In this document: one piece after another, positions 12,756-26,099 of the stretch | Position numbering within the stretch: the stretch's first letter is position 1 | Layout of the letters: every line of letters begins with the position of its first letter | Assembly (NCBI RefSeq): GCF_963921235.1 | Contig: NC_086118.1 | Span: 12,588,001-12,652,000 of the forward strand | Direction: 5' to 3' | Length of the DNA: 64,000 nucleotides | DNA from: Mobula hypostoma | Lineage: Eukaryota | Notes under the pieces: model-generated | Databases searched by the model: none | Seen by the model: the letters and a program-made list of their open reading frames with translations, nothing else | Told to the model about the DNA's origin: nothing | Position numbers and translations under genes: made by a program

Positions 12756-15696
12756 TTCATTGTTGTCCGCATCATTGCCTCATAGTTTCTTCCTGATTTG
12801 GCTAAATTGTTTAAGAAGAAATAATAGAAAACGAGTCTGGAGTGTCAGACTCATAATTGTAGAATTTTCTGCCTCAGTTGGTAGTGGAAGATTAGAAGTC
12901 CTTCAAGTAGAGGTGAATAAGTATTTAATAGATTGTGGAATAGAGGGGTGTGGAGATATGGCACAGAAGGAGTTGTGGCCAGCATAGATCAACCACAGTC
13001 ATATTAAATGGTGGGCCCGTTTGAGTGGCTGACTCTTGCCCCTATTTTCTTCTTTTTCTTGTGTTCAACAACAGTACAAGTAATTGTTTGGCATTTATTG
13101 AGAATACAAGTTAGGAGGAACAATGTGTTACATTGACCAAATAAATCAGTCAAGGAGCAATACATATTGACCTAACATAGACTGACAGATTCCAGTATAT
13201 TTACAAGCTATGTGAACTATAAACAGCAAATATATTATATAAATACAATATAATACAAATATTATATTTAATATAATATAATATTAGGCACCATAAGCAA
13301 GTGAGATACTGAAAGGAAACTAGAGTAATTGGGATTGACTAAAGTTCTATCACCAACCCAGGACACGTTATTTTCAGCTCAAAGGGAAATGAGATCTGAG
13401 TACGACCTACAAAATGTTGGCCGTGAGGCTTGGGCAGGATTGCTTTTGGTTCTTCTGCTCGTGTATATTCTGATTGTTTCTTGCATCGTGTTTATAATGG
13501 TTCCTTTCACTTTTGCCCAGTAAATGTTCAATGGGTTGTTTTGCTTTTTACAAAATTGTTATACTTATGTGAAGGGATTGATAGTCTAGGATTAAGGAAT
13601 TAGACTGGCAACCCAAAGGCTAAAATTTCAGCACTACAAGCTGTGAAATTAATGTGATGAATCTGGGCTTGGAGCCAGAAAATGAAAAATGGCAGATTGT
13701 CATAATGCTTAGTAGGAAAAGAAATACACTACATACACCTGGCTATGATTGCAGCATATTCAACTCTCTGGGTTGAAAACTGGTGCCTTAAGAGTAATGA
13801 GGTTTATATAAAAAAATGTAAACTGAAAATGCTGGAAACACTCACCAGGTCAAGTAATATCTGCAGAAAAAGAGGCAAAGTTATTACTTTCTGTCATAGA
13901 CACTTCATTGTGATTTGCTGAGTATTTTGAGCTTTCAACTGGTGTTTCTTTTAGTTTTATGTAAAATGAGACATTACCATTCATGCTTGTATCGCAAAAA
14001 ACAAACACTCAACATTATTACTGTATAATAAATAAAAATTGGCAATATCCTATTATGGTTTACATATGTACAATTCCTCTTACACCATGCCAACCTGTTG
14101 TATTTTATTTTGAAGGCCCTCACTAACCCTTTCCCAATGCTCCTGTCAAGTTGCCGTGATTTCATACTTTATTGTTGTGGACTGAATTAGTAAGGGGAAT
14201 GGTCTTTGTAACTCACTTCACGCATGGAAGGGTGTGCTGTCTGCTAAAAAGGTTGGAGTGCTGTTTATTACTTGCCTCTGTCCACCACTGTTACATTGAA
14301 AACAAATGATGGCAAAGAATAACAAGAGCTCAGGACAGAAACAGCAACATGATGGTACAGTGAGTAGAACTGCTGCCCCACGACTTCATTGAGGCCAGTT
14401 CACACCTGACTTTGTCCATTTTGCCCAATGACTCCATTGGGTTTCTTCCCAACCCCAAAACAATATAAAGCTGTGGGATGCTGATGAGAATGCAGGGAGA
14501 ATTAAATAGGATGATTGTAAATGGATACTTGATGATAGGCCAAAATTGTTTGATTCTATAACTCAAAGAGAAGGTAGGAGACTGAAATGTAGCATGATTA
14601 GCAAATAAGAAAGAACCAGACAGCTATGAACCCACGGGAGATAATCTAAGCAGCTCATTACTGATAGTAAGCGGTCTACTGTGATTAGCAAAGGACAGGT
14701 AATTATTGAGACAAAGATGATATCAGAAACCAACACATTTGACTGAAACTTATAAAAAAATCATTCAGGGAAACCATCAGAGAGAATATTTCAAAAAGCC
14801 TGATTTCATGACTGTAAGGGATTATACTGCTTAATGAAAACTGGAAGTATAGTTTGTTTGTCTCTGTGGTACGGTAATATCAAGAAAATGCTACATGCCA
14901 GAAAAGAGTCAATCTTTAGAGATTGATTGCAGTTTGGATGGTTGAGGGTATTATGATAAGTATGCTTCAGCAACAATGGGATTGAATAAATTTGTAAATT
15001 GCAGTAAATAAAATCAGCAGGCACTTAAAAACAATCCTGCTTCAGGGTCCCATATGCAGAATCAAATGAGTCAAGGAATGAATATCTCACCTCACAAGCA
15101 ATGGCCCAGTAAAGACAGGGGATTAAGGAACATACCAGACAACTGCAGATCTATAAATATTTAACTGGAACAAGTATTACAATTGGGCTTGCAATGTTTC
15201 ACTTACATAAGTGAAGATTGAGGAAAGATTTGGTTCTCAATAGAAGTCTTTGAACAGTTGGATTTTTTCATCGGCTTTCAGCTGCAGTGCCATTCTATGG
15301 AAGTAATGCAACAACCCGAATATCCCATGTAATAAAGAGATCCTCAGTTTGTTGTATCCCTGAAACTTCTGTGCTCACCATCCACGAGGAAGGATTCTGG
15401 TGTACAAAGAGCATAGTATGTAGGAATGTTGCATGTAACAGGACTGCTTAAACATGGTTGAAAGCATAAACATGTTTAATTCTATTAGCTCCAGCATTTC
15501 CATGGGCAAATGATCCCATGAGTATCATTGAGAGAGAAAATCCCAGGAGCCGCAGTAGGAGAGGGATTCTGGGTGGAGAGGGAGAGGGATCCACAGGGTG
15601 GCAGTGGATAAAGATCTTACTATGGTAATGTGAAGATTAGGATCTGGGAGATGACCACAGTCAGGATGATTGAACACATTGTTCCATGGAGTGAAG

Positions 15697-15970
15697 AGAT
15701 AGATAGATAGACAGACATACTTTATTGATCCCGCGGGAAACTGGGTTTCATTACAGTTGCACCAACCAAGAATAGAGTATATATATAGCGATATAAAACC
15801 ATAAATAATTTTAAATAATAATATGTAAATTACGCCAGATGGAAATAAGTCCAGGACCAGCCTATTGGCTCAGAGTGTCTGACCCTCCAAGGGAGGAGTT
15901 GTAAAGTTTGGTAGCCGCAGGCAGGAATGACTTCCTATGACGCTTTGTGTTGCATCTCGGTGGAATGAGT
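15697..15970 (-). mobile_element. LINE 3' end with (GATA)n tail, Rex1-like
   Basis: agatagatagatagacagacatactttattgatccc followed by 3' UTR-like sequence. Confidence 0.55.
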
Positions 15971-16604
15971 CACAAGAGAAGGGGGACTTGTAACAAAAGG
16001 GATATTTAAGAGTCCAAGAAATTATACAGGATTTATATTAGACTATCAAGGACTGCAATAAAACTAAGAAGTCTCTCCAGAGTAACTGTGGAGCCAGTGT
16101 ATTAAAAAATCTACGGAACATTCTTGACAGATATCCACCATGGCCCAGATATTGTCCATTAGTCCAGCTTCCTGCAACCCCCATCCCCTCGCCCCACAGA
16201 TCCTTACATACAAGTTCTGCTGTTGACTAGCTTTATCCTGGAGACATGAGGCATCCCTTTGTGTCACTTGAGCCCCAGCTGAAGTGATTGGATGATATAT
16301 GTGGACCGCTAGAACACTTACCTTCCCCCCAACTTCAGTGAACACCTTTTTGCTCGGCAGAAAATGTCATAAGGAGGTGGCTAGGAACGGACCCAAGTGC
16401 AAGACACAGACACTGAAGTACTAGGGACAGGACTAGGATACAGGGTGAGGGCAAGGACATAGACATGAAAAACTGGGAACCTGGAACAGGACTGGACAAG
16501 AGAGCTAGGAGCCCGGGCTTGGACTCCGAGCCAGAGACTGGACAAGGACCCAGTACTTGGGTCTTGCCTCTGGCTCGGACCCCAGAACTAGGCAAGGACA
16601 AGGC

Positions 16605-17460
16605 TTGGCTGGCAGGCAGGACAAGGCTGGAGTCTTCAGGCTTGAGGCTAAAGGCTAGAGGTGAGGCTTAGTAGGAGACAGGAGGCTGGAGTCTTCAGGC
16701 TTGAGGCTTGAGACCTGAGGCAAGGCTTGGCAAGAGGCAGGAGGCTGGAGTTTTCAGGCTTGAGGCTAGAGACTTGAGGCGAGGCTTGGCAGGAGGCAGG
16801 AAGCTGGAGTCTTCAGGCTTGAGGCTAGAGGCTAGAAACATGAGGCAAGACGGCATGAGGCAGGAGGCTGGAGTCTTCAGGCATGAGGCTAGAGACTTGA
16901 GGCGAGGCTTGGCAGGAGGAAGGAGGCTGGCGTCTTCAGGCATGAGGCTAGAGACTGGAGGCGAGGCTTGGCAGGAGGCAGGAGGCTGGCGTCTTCAGGC
17001 ATGAGGCTAGAGACTTGAGGCGAGGCTTGGCAGGAGGCAGGAGGCTGGCATCTTCAGGCTTGAGGCTAGAGACTTGAGGCGAGGCTTGGTGGGAGGCAGG
17101 AGGCTGAAGTATTCAGGCTTGAGGCTAGAGGTTAGAAACTTGAGGTGAGACTTGGCAGGAGGCAGGAGGCTGGAGTCTTCAGGCTTGAGGCTAGAGACTT
17201 GAGGCGAGGCTTGGCAGGAGGCAGGAGGCTGGAGACTTGAGGCAAGGCTTGGTAGGAGGCAGAAGGCTGGAGAATTGAGGCGAGGCTTGGCAGGAGGCTG
17301 GAGGCTAGAGGCAGGAGACTTGAGGCGAGGCGAGGCTGGAGGCAGGAGACTTGAGGCGAGATGAGGCTGGAGGCAGAGACTTGAGGCGAGATGAGGCTGG
17401 AGGCAGAAGGCAGGAGACTTGAGGCGAGCTGAGGCTGGAGGCTGGAGGCAGGAGACTGGA
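16605..17460. repeat. Minisatellite, 59-bp unit built from gaggc-containing sub-repeats
   Basis: gaggctgg recurs at 16864, 16923, 16982, 17041 (period 59); decays into shorter units after about 17230. Confidence 0.9.
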
Positions 17461-17497
17461 AGCTCCTCCTGGGCAGGGCGCAGATCTCCACCTGACA

Positions 17498-17720
17498 GAG
17501 GCAAGGGACAGGAAGGGACAGAGCCAACCGCAGGTAATGGCAAGACAGCCTGGCTTACCCGACGGAGGCAAGGGACAGGAAGGGACAGAATCAACTGTAG
17601 GTAATGGCAATATGGCCTGGCTTACCCGACGGAGGCAAGGGACAGGAAGGGACAGAACCAACTGCAGGGTAATGGCAAGACAGCCTGACTTACCCAGCGG
17701 AGGCAAGGGACAGGAAGGGA
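17498..17720. repeat. Tandem repeat, 67-bp unit, about 3.3 copies
   Basis: gaggcaagggacaggaaggga at 17498, 17565, 17632, 17700. Confidence 0.9.
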
Positions 17721-18569
17721 GTTAGGTACGGGGTGGCTCCAGGACAAGACTGCAGGCGAGATGAGGTGAGAGTTACCAGCAAGACAAGACAAGTCTTCAG
17801 GCAATGCAAGGTGAAACGAGAACTTCAGGCGAAGCGAGAGTTACCAGCAAGACAAGGCAAGGCTTCAGGCGAGGAAACAGAAGGCAGAGGAAGGGATACA
17901 AGGAGTAAGGACAAGAACAATCCAGCAGCCACGCCCTGGTCTCTGAAGGTATTTATGCAGCCAGCCCCAACGAGCATCAGCTGCCTCAATTAGAGCTCAA
18001 CAAGAACAGATACAGGGTAGACAGGAAAACTTGGAGCAAGGGTCGATGGACCGGACTGTGAATCGGAATACGGACTTCACGGACCGGACCATGACAGAAA
18101 AGCCACAACCCCATCCTTGACCTTTATCAAAGACTGTTAATGATTCTTGAATTCCCCTATCATTCAGTAACACTTAAAATCATTAAGAATAAAATAAATA
18201 CTACACTAAATATATTAATATAGAAACATGGTAGCCCTTTTAAATACCAATATTAAAGAACATGCTTATAATTAAAACTTGAAACCCTCAATTCAAGTGA
18301 ATGGGTGTGTGGATCCCATACCTGGTGGTTGGTGGTGTAGGGTAGTGTGGGGAAGTCTCAGCGGTCTTCTCCCCTGCTGTTGGACTCCACACAGGGTTCA
18401 GTACTGCAGTGTGACTGCAAACTTGTTTATGGATAGTCACTGCCACAAGTGGAAATCTATTTATTCCAGCACTTCCGTGGGTAAATAAATCCAGCAAAAT
18501 TCATACCATTATTTGGTGTGATACCCCTCAAGAGGTGGTATTGGGTGTCCGCTTATTTAAAGAAGTCCT

Positions 18570-18860
18570 AACGAACCAGTTCGTCTAGTGATTTGAAGGT
18601 CGCTAGATGGAGCCTTGGTCGAGGCAGCGTGTGTGTCCTTGAGCAAGGCACTTAATCACACATTGCTCTGCGACGATACTGGTGCCAAGCTGTATGGGTC
18701 CAAATGCCCTTCCCTTGGACAACATTGGTGTCGTGGAGAGGGCAGACTTGCAGCATGGGCAACTGCTGGTCTTCCCTACAACCTTGCCCAGGCCTGCGCC
18801 CTGGAAACTTTCCAAGGTGCAAATCCATGGTCTCATGAGATTAACGGATGCCTATAACCA
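18570..18860 (+). mobile_element. tRNA-derived SINE, same head family as 5452-5697
   Basis: gtctagtgatttgaaggtcgct...gtgtccttgagcaaggcacttaatcacacattgctc shared with the other copy. Confidence 0.7.
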
Positions 18861-20405
18861 ACCAGATATAATCCAGCTTCCATGTTTACAGTATTTCAGT
18901 GCAAGTAGCAATGGGGTTAAAGGATGTAGCATTCAGTATCTGCCCTGTGGTTGTCTGTGGTTCCTGTCTTCTTCCGTACTGTCTAACCTCAAGAGGGGTG
19001 GTTCCCACACCTCCAGCATCAGCAACTTTGATGCCATTCGCACTGAAGACTTGCTCCACCTCACTGGCTGACGGGCAAATTTCAGGGAAGAAGGAAAAAC
19101 AGTTGGGAAAATTGTTATTTCTGAGTGCGCCCAAACCAAGCCCACCTATGGATTGGTTTGATCATGGTCCCTTTCATCAAATGCAATGGGCCCAATAACA
19201 CAGGCCATCTTAAAGCCCTGACATTTCATACAGTGAGGGTCATATAAAGGGCTAGCACAATCAAGTCTCTTCTCTAAAAGGAATCAGTTTACAATAATCA
19301 GGTTGTTTCTTCAACGCCATTACAATACTATCTTTTTTTCTAAGTTTGTTTAATAGGATGGATATAAAGTGCTAAATTCCAAGATGAGATTTAAACTCTG
19401 GATCATTGATTTAAACTCCTGGTTTGCTGATCCAGTAACATACCCACAATAACACCTTCTCCCTAGGGTGAGTTACATAATAGATTGGTCATTGATCGAC
19501 AGAACTAGCTCATAGGGATGAGTAGCCTGTTGGGTCAATGACAGTGTAGTGGTCTGTTGTAAGGCATTCATTATTACTCTGGATTTTGTGCTCAGATCCT
19601 CCACCACCAGTTCAGCTCCAGTTACGGTTTACCACCAAATAACATTTACAAGTAAATCCTATCAAGGAAATGTTGTACAATTGCACAACTCTGTATTTTC
19701 TGTGTTTTGATTTAAAAAAAACATTTCCCCTTTACAAAGTTGTTTCTGTTGCCAGGTCATTCTGCAAAATCCACTTTGTGTGTAAATGACCCTTGTGCTC
19801 TGATGTAATTTCACATCGATGTTGTAGTTAACATCACTCCACATACAATGCAGGATAACGTAGTCTTTCCTTCCTCAGTCTGCATTCTCAATCTACTTAT
19901 TTATTCACATATACTTCGCTCTCCCCCTGCCTAATGCCATCTCCTTGCAAGTTTCCATAAACTCAAGAGAGAAGCTGCCTTTATTTTCATCTATATTAAA
20001 TCTGTAGCTGAATTTATAGCTATTTATGGACATAAACTATATTTTTCCATCTTTACCTCAGCTCATAGCTCATACCTCTGAGTCTCCTCTGAAGCATGTA
20101 ACTCATAATGACATTGCTGTTCTGTTAGAAGGGTAACAGTGGTGTGAGCATCAAATCAAAGCCTTGTGTCTCATCCTTAGAGAAAGAAGAAAATCTCATG
20201 ATACTACTTGAAGAAGAGCAAGGTTTACCTATTGATATCCTGATCAGTAGTTATTCCCCTGGAAACAATCCTCAAAACAGGCAATCTGATCATCAACACA
20301 CTGCTATTTATGAATGCTTATGGTGGGAAATTTGTTTTCCAGGACCACAGTTGAGAAAGGTATAACAGGAATCCTTTAATATCATAAGGGTTCTAAATCA
20401 ATATA

Positions 20406-20913
20406 CGAGGGATGATTGATAAGTTCGTGGCCTAAGGTAGGAGTCAATCTTAGAAAATCTAGCACATTTATTTTTCAACATAGTCCCCTCCTAACATTTA
20501 CACACTTAGTCCAGCGGTCGTGGAGCATAGATATCCCTTCTTTGTAGAAGTCAGCCTCTTAGACCTCCAGAAAGTGGTTCATAGCAGGGGTGATTGATAA
20601 GTTTGTGACCTAAGGCAGAAGGGGATGAGTTATTAACTTCACACTCTCTGCATAATCACTCAAAGAGTTGAACTGCACATGCATGTAACAAGAGCTGTAT
20701 AACTCATCTCCTTCTACCTTAGGCCATGAACTTATCAATCACCCCTGCTGTGGGCCACTTGCTGGAGTTGCAAGATGCCAACTTCTACAAAGAAGGGATC
20801 CGTATGCTCCACGACCACTGGACTAAGTGTGTAAATGTAGGAAAATAAATGAGCTAGGTTTTCTAAAATTGACTCCTTCTACCTTAGGCCATGAACTTAT
20901 CCATGACGCCTCG
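20406..20913. mobile_element. Mariner-type MITE, palindromic throughout, four TIR copies
   Basis: TA flanks; TIR cgagggatgattgataagttcgtggcctaaggtag and its reverse complement; second TIR pair at about 20587-20620 and 20713-20746. Confidence 0.9.
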
Positions 20914-21352
20914 TACATTTTAGTGTCTTTTGTGACCTCTCTACCATCTTCCACCCTTGACCCACAAAACAATCTTGCAAAGCCTTTTACACTGATTGGC
21001 TTTCATCTCTATCAGCATCAGAAAGCCCCTTCTTGAAATATAATCCTAAAATATAACCTTTTAAGCAGGATTGGAGCTTGGAGTCTTTTCCCGAACTTAT
21101 TCATGTTGCATTGTGACTTGGTACATCTTACTGCCAATTCACTCTGCTGTCTGTACAGCATTAGATTCCCAACTACAAAGGAGAATCTGGATAGCTGAAG
21201 CCAGAGTCACAATTAGAAACACAGCTCAGGAGGTGAAAGATTCAGAGTGGGAGATATACGGTTCCCAATCTAAATGTCAGCAAATAACACTGGGACCAGG
21301 TGTTAGCATATCGTTTATTTCCGGTTTATGTCCGGTTTAAGTCATTTATGTC

Positions 21353-22678
21353 CGGTGAAATCATCGGACAAAGTCAGCATGGATTTGTGAAAGAAAAATC
21401 ATGTCTGACGAATCTCATAGAATTTTTTGAGGATGTAACTAGTAGAGTGGATAGGGGAGAACCAGTGGATATGGTATATTTGGATTTTCAAAAGGCTTTT
21501 GACAAGATCCCACACAGGAGATTAGCGTGCAAACTTAAAGCACACGGTATTGGGGGTAAGGTATTGATGTGGATAGAGAATTGGTTAGCAGACAGGAAGC
21601 AAAGAGTGGGAATAAACGGGACCTTTTCAGAATGGCAGGCAGTGACTAGTGGGGTACCGCAAGGCTCAGTGCTGGGACCCCAGTTGTTTACAATATATAT
21701 TAATGACTTGGATGAGGGAATTGAATGCCGCATCTCCAAGTTTGCGGATGACACGAAGCTGGGTGGCAGTGTTAGCTGTGAGGAGGATGCTAAGAGAATG
21801 CAGAGTGACTTGGATAGGTTGGGTGAGTGGGCAAATTCATGGCAGATGCAATTTAATGTGGATAAATGTGAAGTTATCCACTTTGGTGGCAAAAATAGGA
21901 AAACAGATTATTATCTGAATGGTGGCCGATTAGGAAAAGGGGAGGTGCAACGAGACCTGGGTGTCATTATACACCAGTCATTGAAAGTGGGCATGCAGGT
22001 ACAGCAGGCGGTGAAAAAGGCGAATGGTATGCTGGCATTTATAGCGAGAGGATTCGAGTACAGGAGCAGGGAGGTACTACTGCAGTTGTACAAGGCCTTG
22101 GTGAGACCACACCTGGAGTATTGTGTGCAGTTTTGGTCCCCTAATCTGAGGAAAGACATCCTTGCCATAGAGGGAGTACAAAGAAGGTTCACCAGATTGA
22201 TTTCTGGGATGGCAGGACTTTCATATGATGAAAGACTGGATGAACTGGGCTTGTACTCGTTGGAATTTAGAAGATTGAGGGGGGATCTGATTGAAACGTA
22301 TAAAATCCTAAAGGGATTGGACAGGCTCGATGCAGGAAGATTGTTCCTGATGTTGGAGAAGTTCAGAACGAGGGGTCACAGTTTGAGGATAAAGGAGAAG
22401 CCTTTTAGGACCGAGATTAGGAAAAACTTCTTCACACAGAGAGTGGTGAATCTGTGGAATTCTCTGCCACAGGAAACAGTTGAGGCCAGTTCATTGGCTA
22501 TATTTAAGAGGGAGTTAGATATGGCCCTTGTGGCTACGGGGATCAGGGGGTATGGAGGGAAGGCTGGGGTGGGGTTCTGAGTTGGATGATCAGCCATGAT
22601 CATAATAAATGGCGGTGCAGGCTCGAAGGGCTGAATGGCCTACTCCTGCACCTATTTTCTATGTTTCTATGTTTCTAT
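21353..22678 (+). mobile_element. Young 5'-truncated CR1 LINE, RT frame open to 22580
   Basis: Near-identical translation to 8108-9500; (ctatgttt)2 tail. Confidence 0.95.
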
Positions 22679-23280
22679 TTCAAACTCTGATATTTTAAAA
22701 ACAAAGAACTGACACGTTTACTGAAGTGCCTATGAAATTGTGACATTTTTCACACTAAGCAGAGCAATCAGAATTGGAAAAAGTCCAATCTTGAGATTTT
22801 CTTTTTGCAAGTAGCCTCATTCTATTATGGTTGAAGTAAGACAGCTGTGTCTGTTGCTTGGGCTAGAGGAACAATACTTTTCACCTTCCTTATCCTCCTT
22901 TCTCTGTTGACTCAGTGCAAGCTGCTGCCAAAAGTTATCAGCAATTTTTATTTCTTTAGAGTACTTTTTTTGAACTAAATTACCAGTACTTCAGTCACTG
23001 GAAACACTTTGTTTTCCTTTTATTCCAAAAAGTCCTCACAATTTTGATCACGTTTATTAAATGCTCCTTTACTGTCTCTCCTCTTAAGAATATAAGTGTA
23101 TATTTTTCAATGCCTGTAACTAAAAACTAACATTCCTGTGAATTTCCTGAATTGGAACATAGAAAAGTACAGCTGAGAAATAGGCCCTTTGACCCACAAT
23201 TTTGTACTGAACTAATTAAATTAATAATTAAATGCTTAACTACACTAGTCCATTCTGCCTACACAAGTGCATATCCATCT

Positions 23281-23465
23281 CAAACAAGAGAAAATCTGCA
23301 GATGCTGGAAATCCAAGCAAAACACACGAAATGCTGGAGGAACTCAGCAGGCCAGGCAGCATCTATGGAAAAAAACACAGTCGACGCTTTGGGCCAAACC
23401 TATTTGGCGTGACTGGAGAGAAAAAGCTGATGAGTACATTTGAAAGGTGGGGCAGAGGGGAGAGG
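23281..23465 (-). mobile_element. Penelope pLTR fragment
   Basis: aaatctgcagatgctggaaatccaagcaaaacacacgaaatgctggaggaactcagcaggccaggcagcatct...cagtcgacg. Confidence 0.75.
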
Positions 23466-23966
23466 ATATCCAGCTATTCTCTTTGCACTCATATCTGAGG
23501 TCATTTTAAGTGCATCTATCGTAGTTGCCTCTACTACTGCCCATGGCAGCACGTTGCATGCATCTGCCACAGTTTGTGTAGAAAACAAACATACCCGGTA
23601 CATGTCCCAAAACACATCCCTTCTCTCCTTTTGGTATGTGCATCCACTCTAATATTAGACATTTCACTGGACTTCAGACATGAGAGGCTAGTATTTGCAT
23701 CTTCTAGTATTTCTGTTAAAAGGCCATTAACTTGAACTATTAACTTGTTCCTGTCTCCAGTGATGAGTGTTTCCCGTATTTTCTATTTTTATTCAACAAG
23801 CTGAACTAGTATTCAGAAAAAATTGTTTTATTTTCACTCCATTCCTCAATTTTTGAACCAAAGGATCTCATATGAATTTTTTTTATCAACACCATGCAAC
23901 CTTAAAAGATACCTGCAGACACCAGGACACTGTTCTTGCAACCCATTAACATTGTACAATTTAAGT

Positions 23967-24824
23967 CAGTGGTTCTAAACTTTTTTCTGCACCTGATCCA
24001 CTTGTAACCTGCATTTACCTCTGTGGTCCCCACCCTCCATAGTCTTGTGAGTTGCTAATGTTATTTTTGGTCAACTATACTAATTATTCCAAGATAGAGT
24101 CAACATTTATGTTTTAACAGGTTATAAGTACATATTATTACATGTTAGATATAATGTTAGAGGTGTATATAAAAATAGAACTGTTTCAAAGCTCTGAATA
24201 GGATACTTTATTTATAATATATATAATATTCTTCCAAACCACAATGGAAAAAGCACTTAATATTGTTACTTTGGGTATTTAATGAGATCCTTGTGACTGA
24301 TGCAAACTAGCGAGTTATGAATATCTAGTTGCAACTTGTAAAAGAAAATCTAAGATCACCTCTTTTCACAACATCAATGGTTTTGAGGTTTTTATTGCAG
24401 GTGAAGAGCTTGACCTAAACCACATCCAACTAGCTAAGAGATGGGAAATCTAATTAGAATAACTTTGTTTTCTCCCAGATTCGCGGAAACTTATTTTGAA
24501 TATTATTAGTTATCCAAAAATTTCGTAGGTATACTGCATTTAAGTTTTGCTTGAGCTGTTATATCACTCTGCAGCTCAATAAGGTACTCTTGCAATGTGG
24601 TGTCAACATCATTCATAGTCACCCCAAATTAAACTACATACATACAGTATATTCATTTCATTTTTATTAATATATTTTAGTAATAAAACAGTAAACTTCT
24701 CACGGCCCATTCAGAAGCTCCTATTGTCCCCAGTTTCTTGTTTATTTAATTGTGGTCCCTACAATATCCAGTATGACCCCTGGGGGTGGGGAGGGGGGCA
24801 TATGGCCCATGTTGAGAACCACTG
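23967..24824 (-). mobile_element. Non-autonomous hAT (Charlie-like) element with transposase C-terminal remnant
   Basis: TIRs cagtggttctaaac / gttgagaaccactg; imperfect 8-bp TSD atttaagt/atttagat; minus strand GDLR...QGSH-stop at about 24280-24365. Confidence 0.8.
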
Positions 24825-26099
24825 ATTTAGATCATATTGACTATCAAAGTGAATGACTCACTGTCGGGGCCATGCATCTGTTCTCTATCTGCATTGTATT
24901 CTGTGTTGCATGTTTATGGCAACTAGTCACATAAGTGAGGGCATGGCAAAAGGGAAGGGAATAAGTTACATATTCTTTGTTTGATGCAGCTTGTGGCTGT
25001 TGACTGACATATGCCGTATCTTTTCACTGCTCAATTACACTTAATTTTGCTTCGTTTCATCGCATCAAGATAGTATGGTTGCTAACTGCTAATAAAGGAT
25101 CAAATGCACATCTTCGACTTTGGAACAATCATATTGGAACTGAGGGTGCATCGTGCAAGTGTAACAAATCCATGGGGGTTGCCAGCAGCAGCAAATTGTT
25201 TGGATAGAATTAGCCTCCATACTCACATCCCCGCTTTAAACTTTACTTGGCATATTTCTGTTTATCTACAGCTCCTTGATGCTTTTGACCCTCTTCCTCA
25301 CTGTTCCAGATTTCATGTTTTGGGAAGTCATACACCCCATTGGCTCACTGAGTTCCTGCCAACCATCAAGTATCCGTTTGCACTACTCCTGTTTTACTTT
25401 CTCCATCAGCTCCCGAGATTTGTTCATTTGTCTGCAAGCCGGAAGCAGTTCAGAGCAGCTAACCAACCTGCACATATTTGAGATGTGGGGGGAAACCTGA
25501 GCCCCTGAAGGAAATCCACACAGTCACTGGGACAACATGAAAACTCCACTCAGATGACACCACAGTCAGGGCTGTTTCCGAGTCACAGCAGCTGTGAGAC
25601 AGTTTTACTAGCTGTGTCACTGCACCACTCTGAATTTTAATAGTATACTTTGTTTTCCCGTTCATTAATATGCACTTAGTGGCCACTTTTTAAGGTACCT
25701 ATTCATGGCCTTTTGCTGCTGTAGCTCATCCACTTCAGGGTTCACCATCTTGAGAACAAGACATTCAGAGATACTCTTCTGCACAAAGTAAGTCAAACAC
25801 AATTTGCCCTTAACAAATCTACATCCTGTCATTGATTAGCCATGATTTTCCAAGTAACTCTTAATTTTGTTTTGGATCATTATCTTTGTTATGTTTGAAA
25901 AGCTGCAGTCCACTGATACCCCTCCAACACTTCAAGAGGATAGGGAGATTGCCTAGGATGACTTGTGTTTAGAAAACTAAGGTACATCCTATCTGAACTG
26001 GATGGCTATTCTACTTCTGGGTGCTGTCAAGCTTCAAAATAGCTCTTGCACATCTATTCTCATTCTTTCCAAGAAGCTGCTGAAACATGGGTATTATTC

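Larger units (their letters stand above)
16365..18096 (-). mobile_element. 1.73-kb solo LTR (Gypsy-type) expanded by internal minisatellites
   Basis: Ends TGTCAT...ATGACA; 5-bp TSD gaaaa (16360-16364, 18097-18101); TATA-like cataaata on the minus strand at about 17950. Confidence 0.8.

Noticed and set aside
16605..17720. CRISPR-like array or repetitive protein gene
   Set aside because: Units are head-to-tail with no unique spacers, no cas genes, and the 59- and 67-bp periods are not multiples of three; the ORFs are by-products.
18880..19200. GC-richer stretch with overlapping ORFs on both strands
   Set aside because: No recognisable motif or splice context; probably an old transposon remnant that I cannot assign.
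21300..21352. N-terminal extensions of the CR1 ORFs (also 9501-9559)
   Set aside because: Read-through from flanking DNA into 5'-truncated elements; no evidence of domestication.
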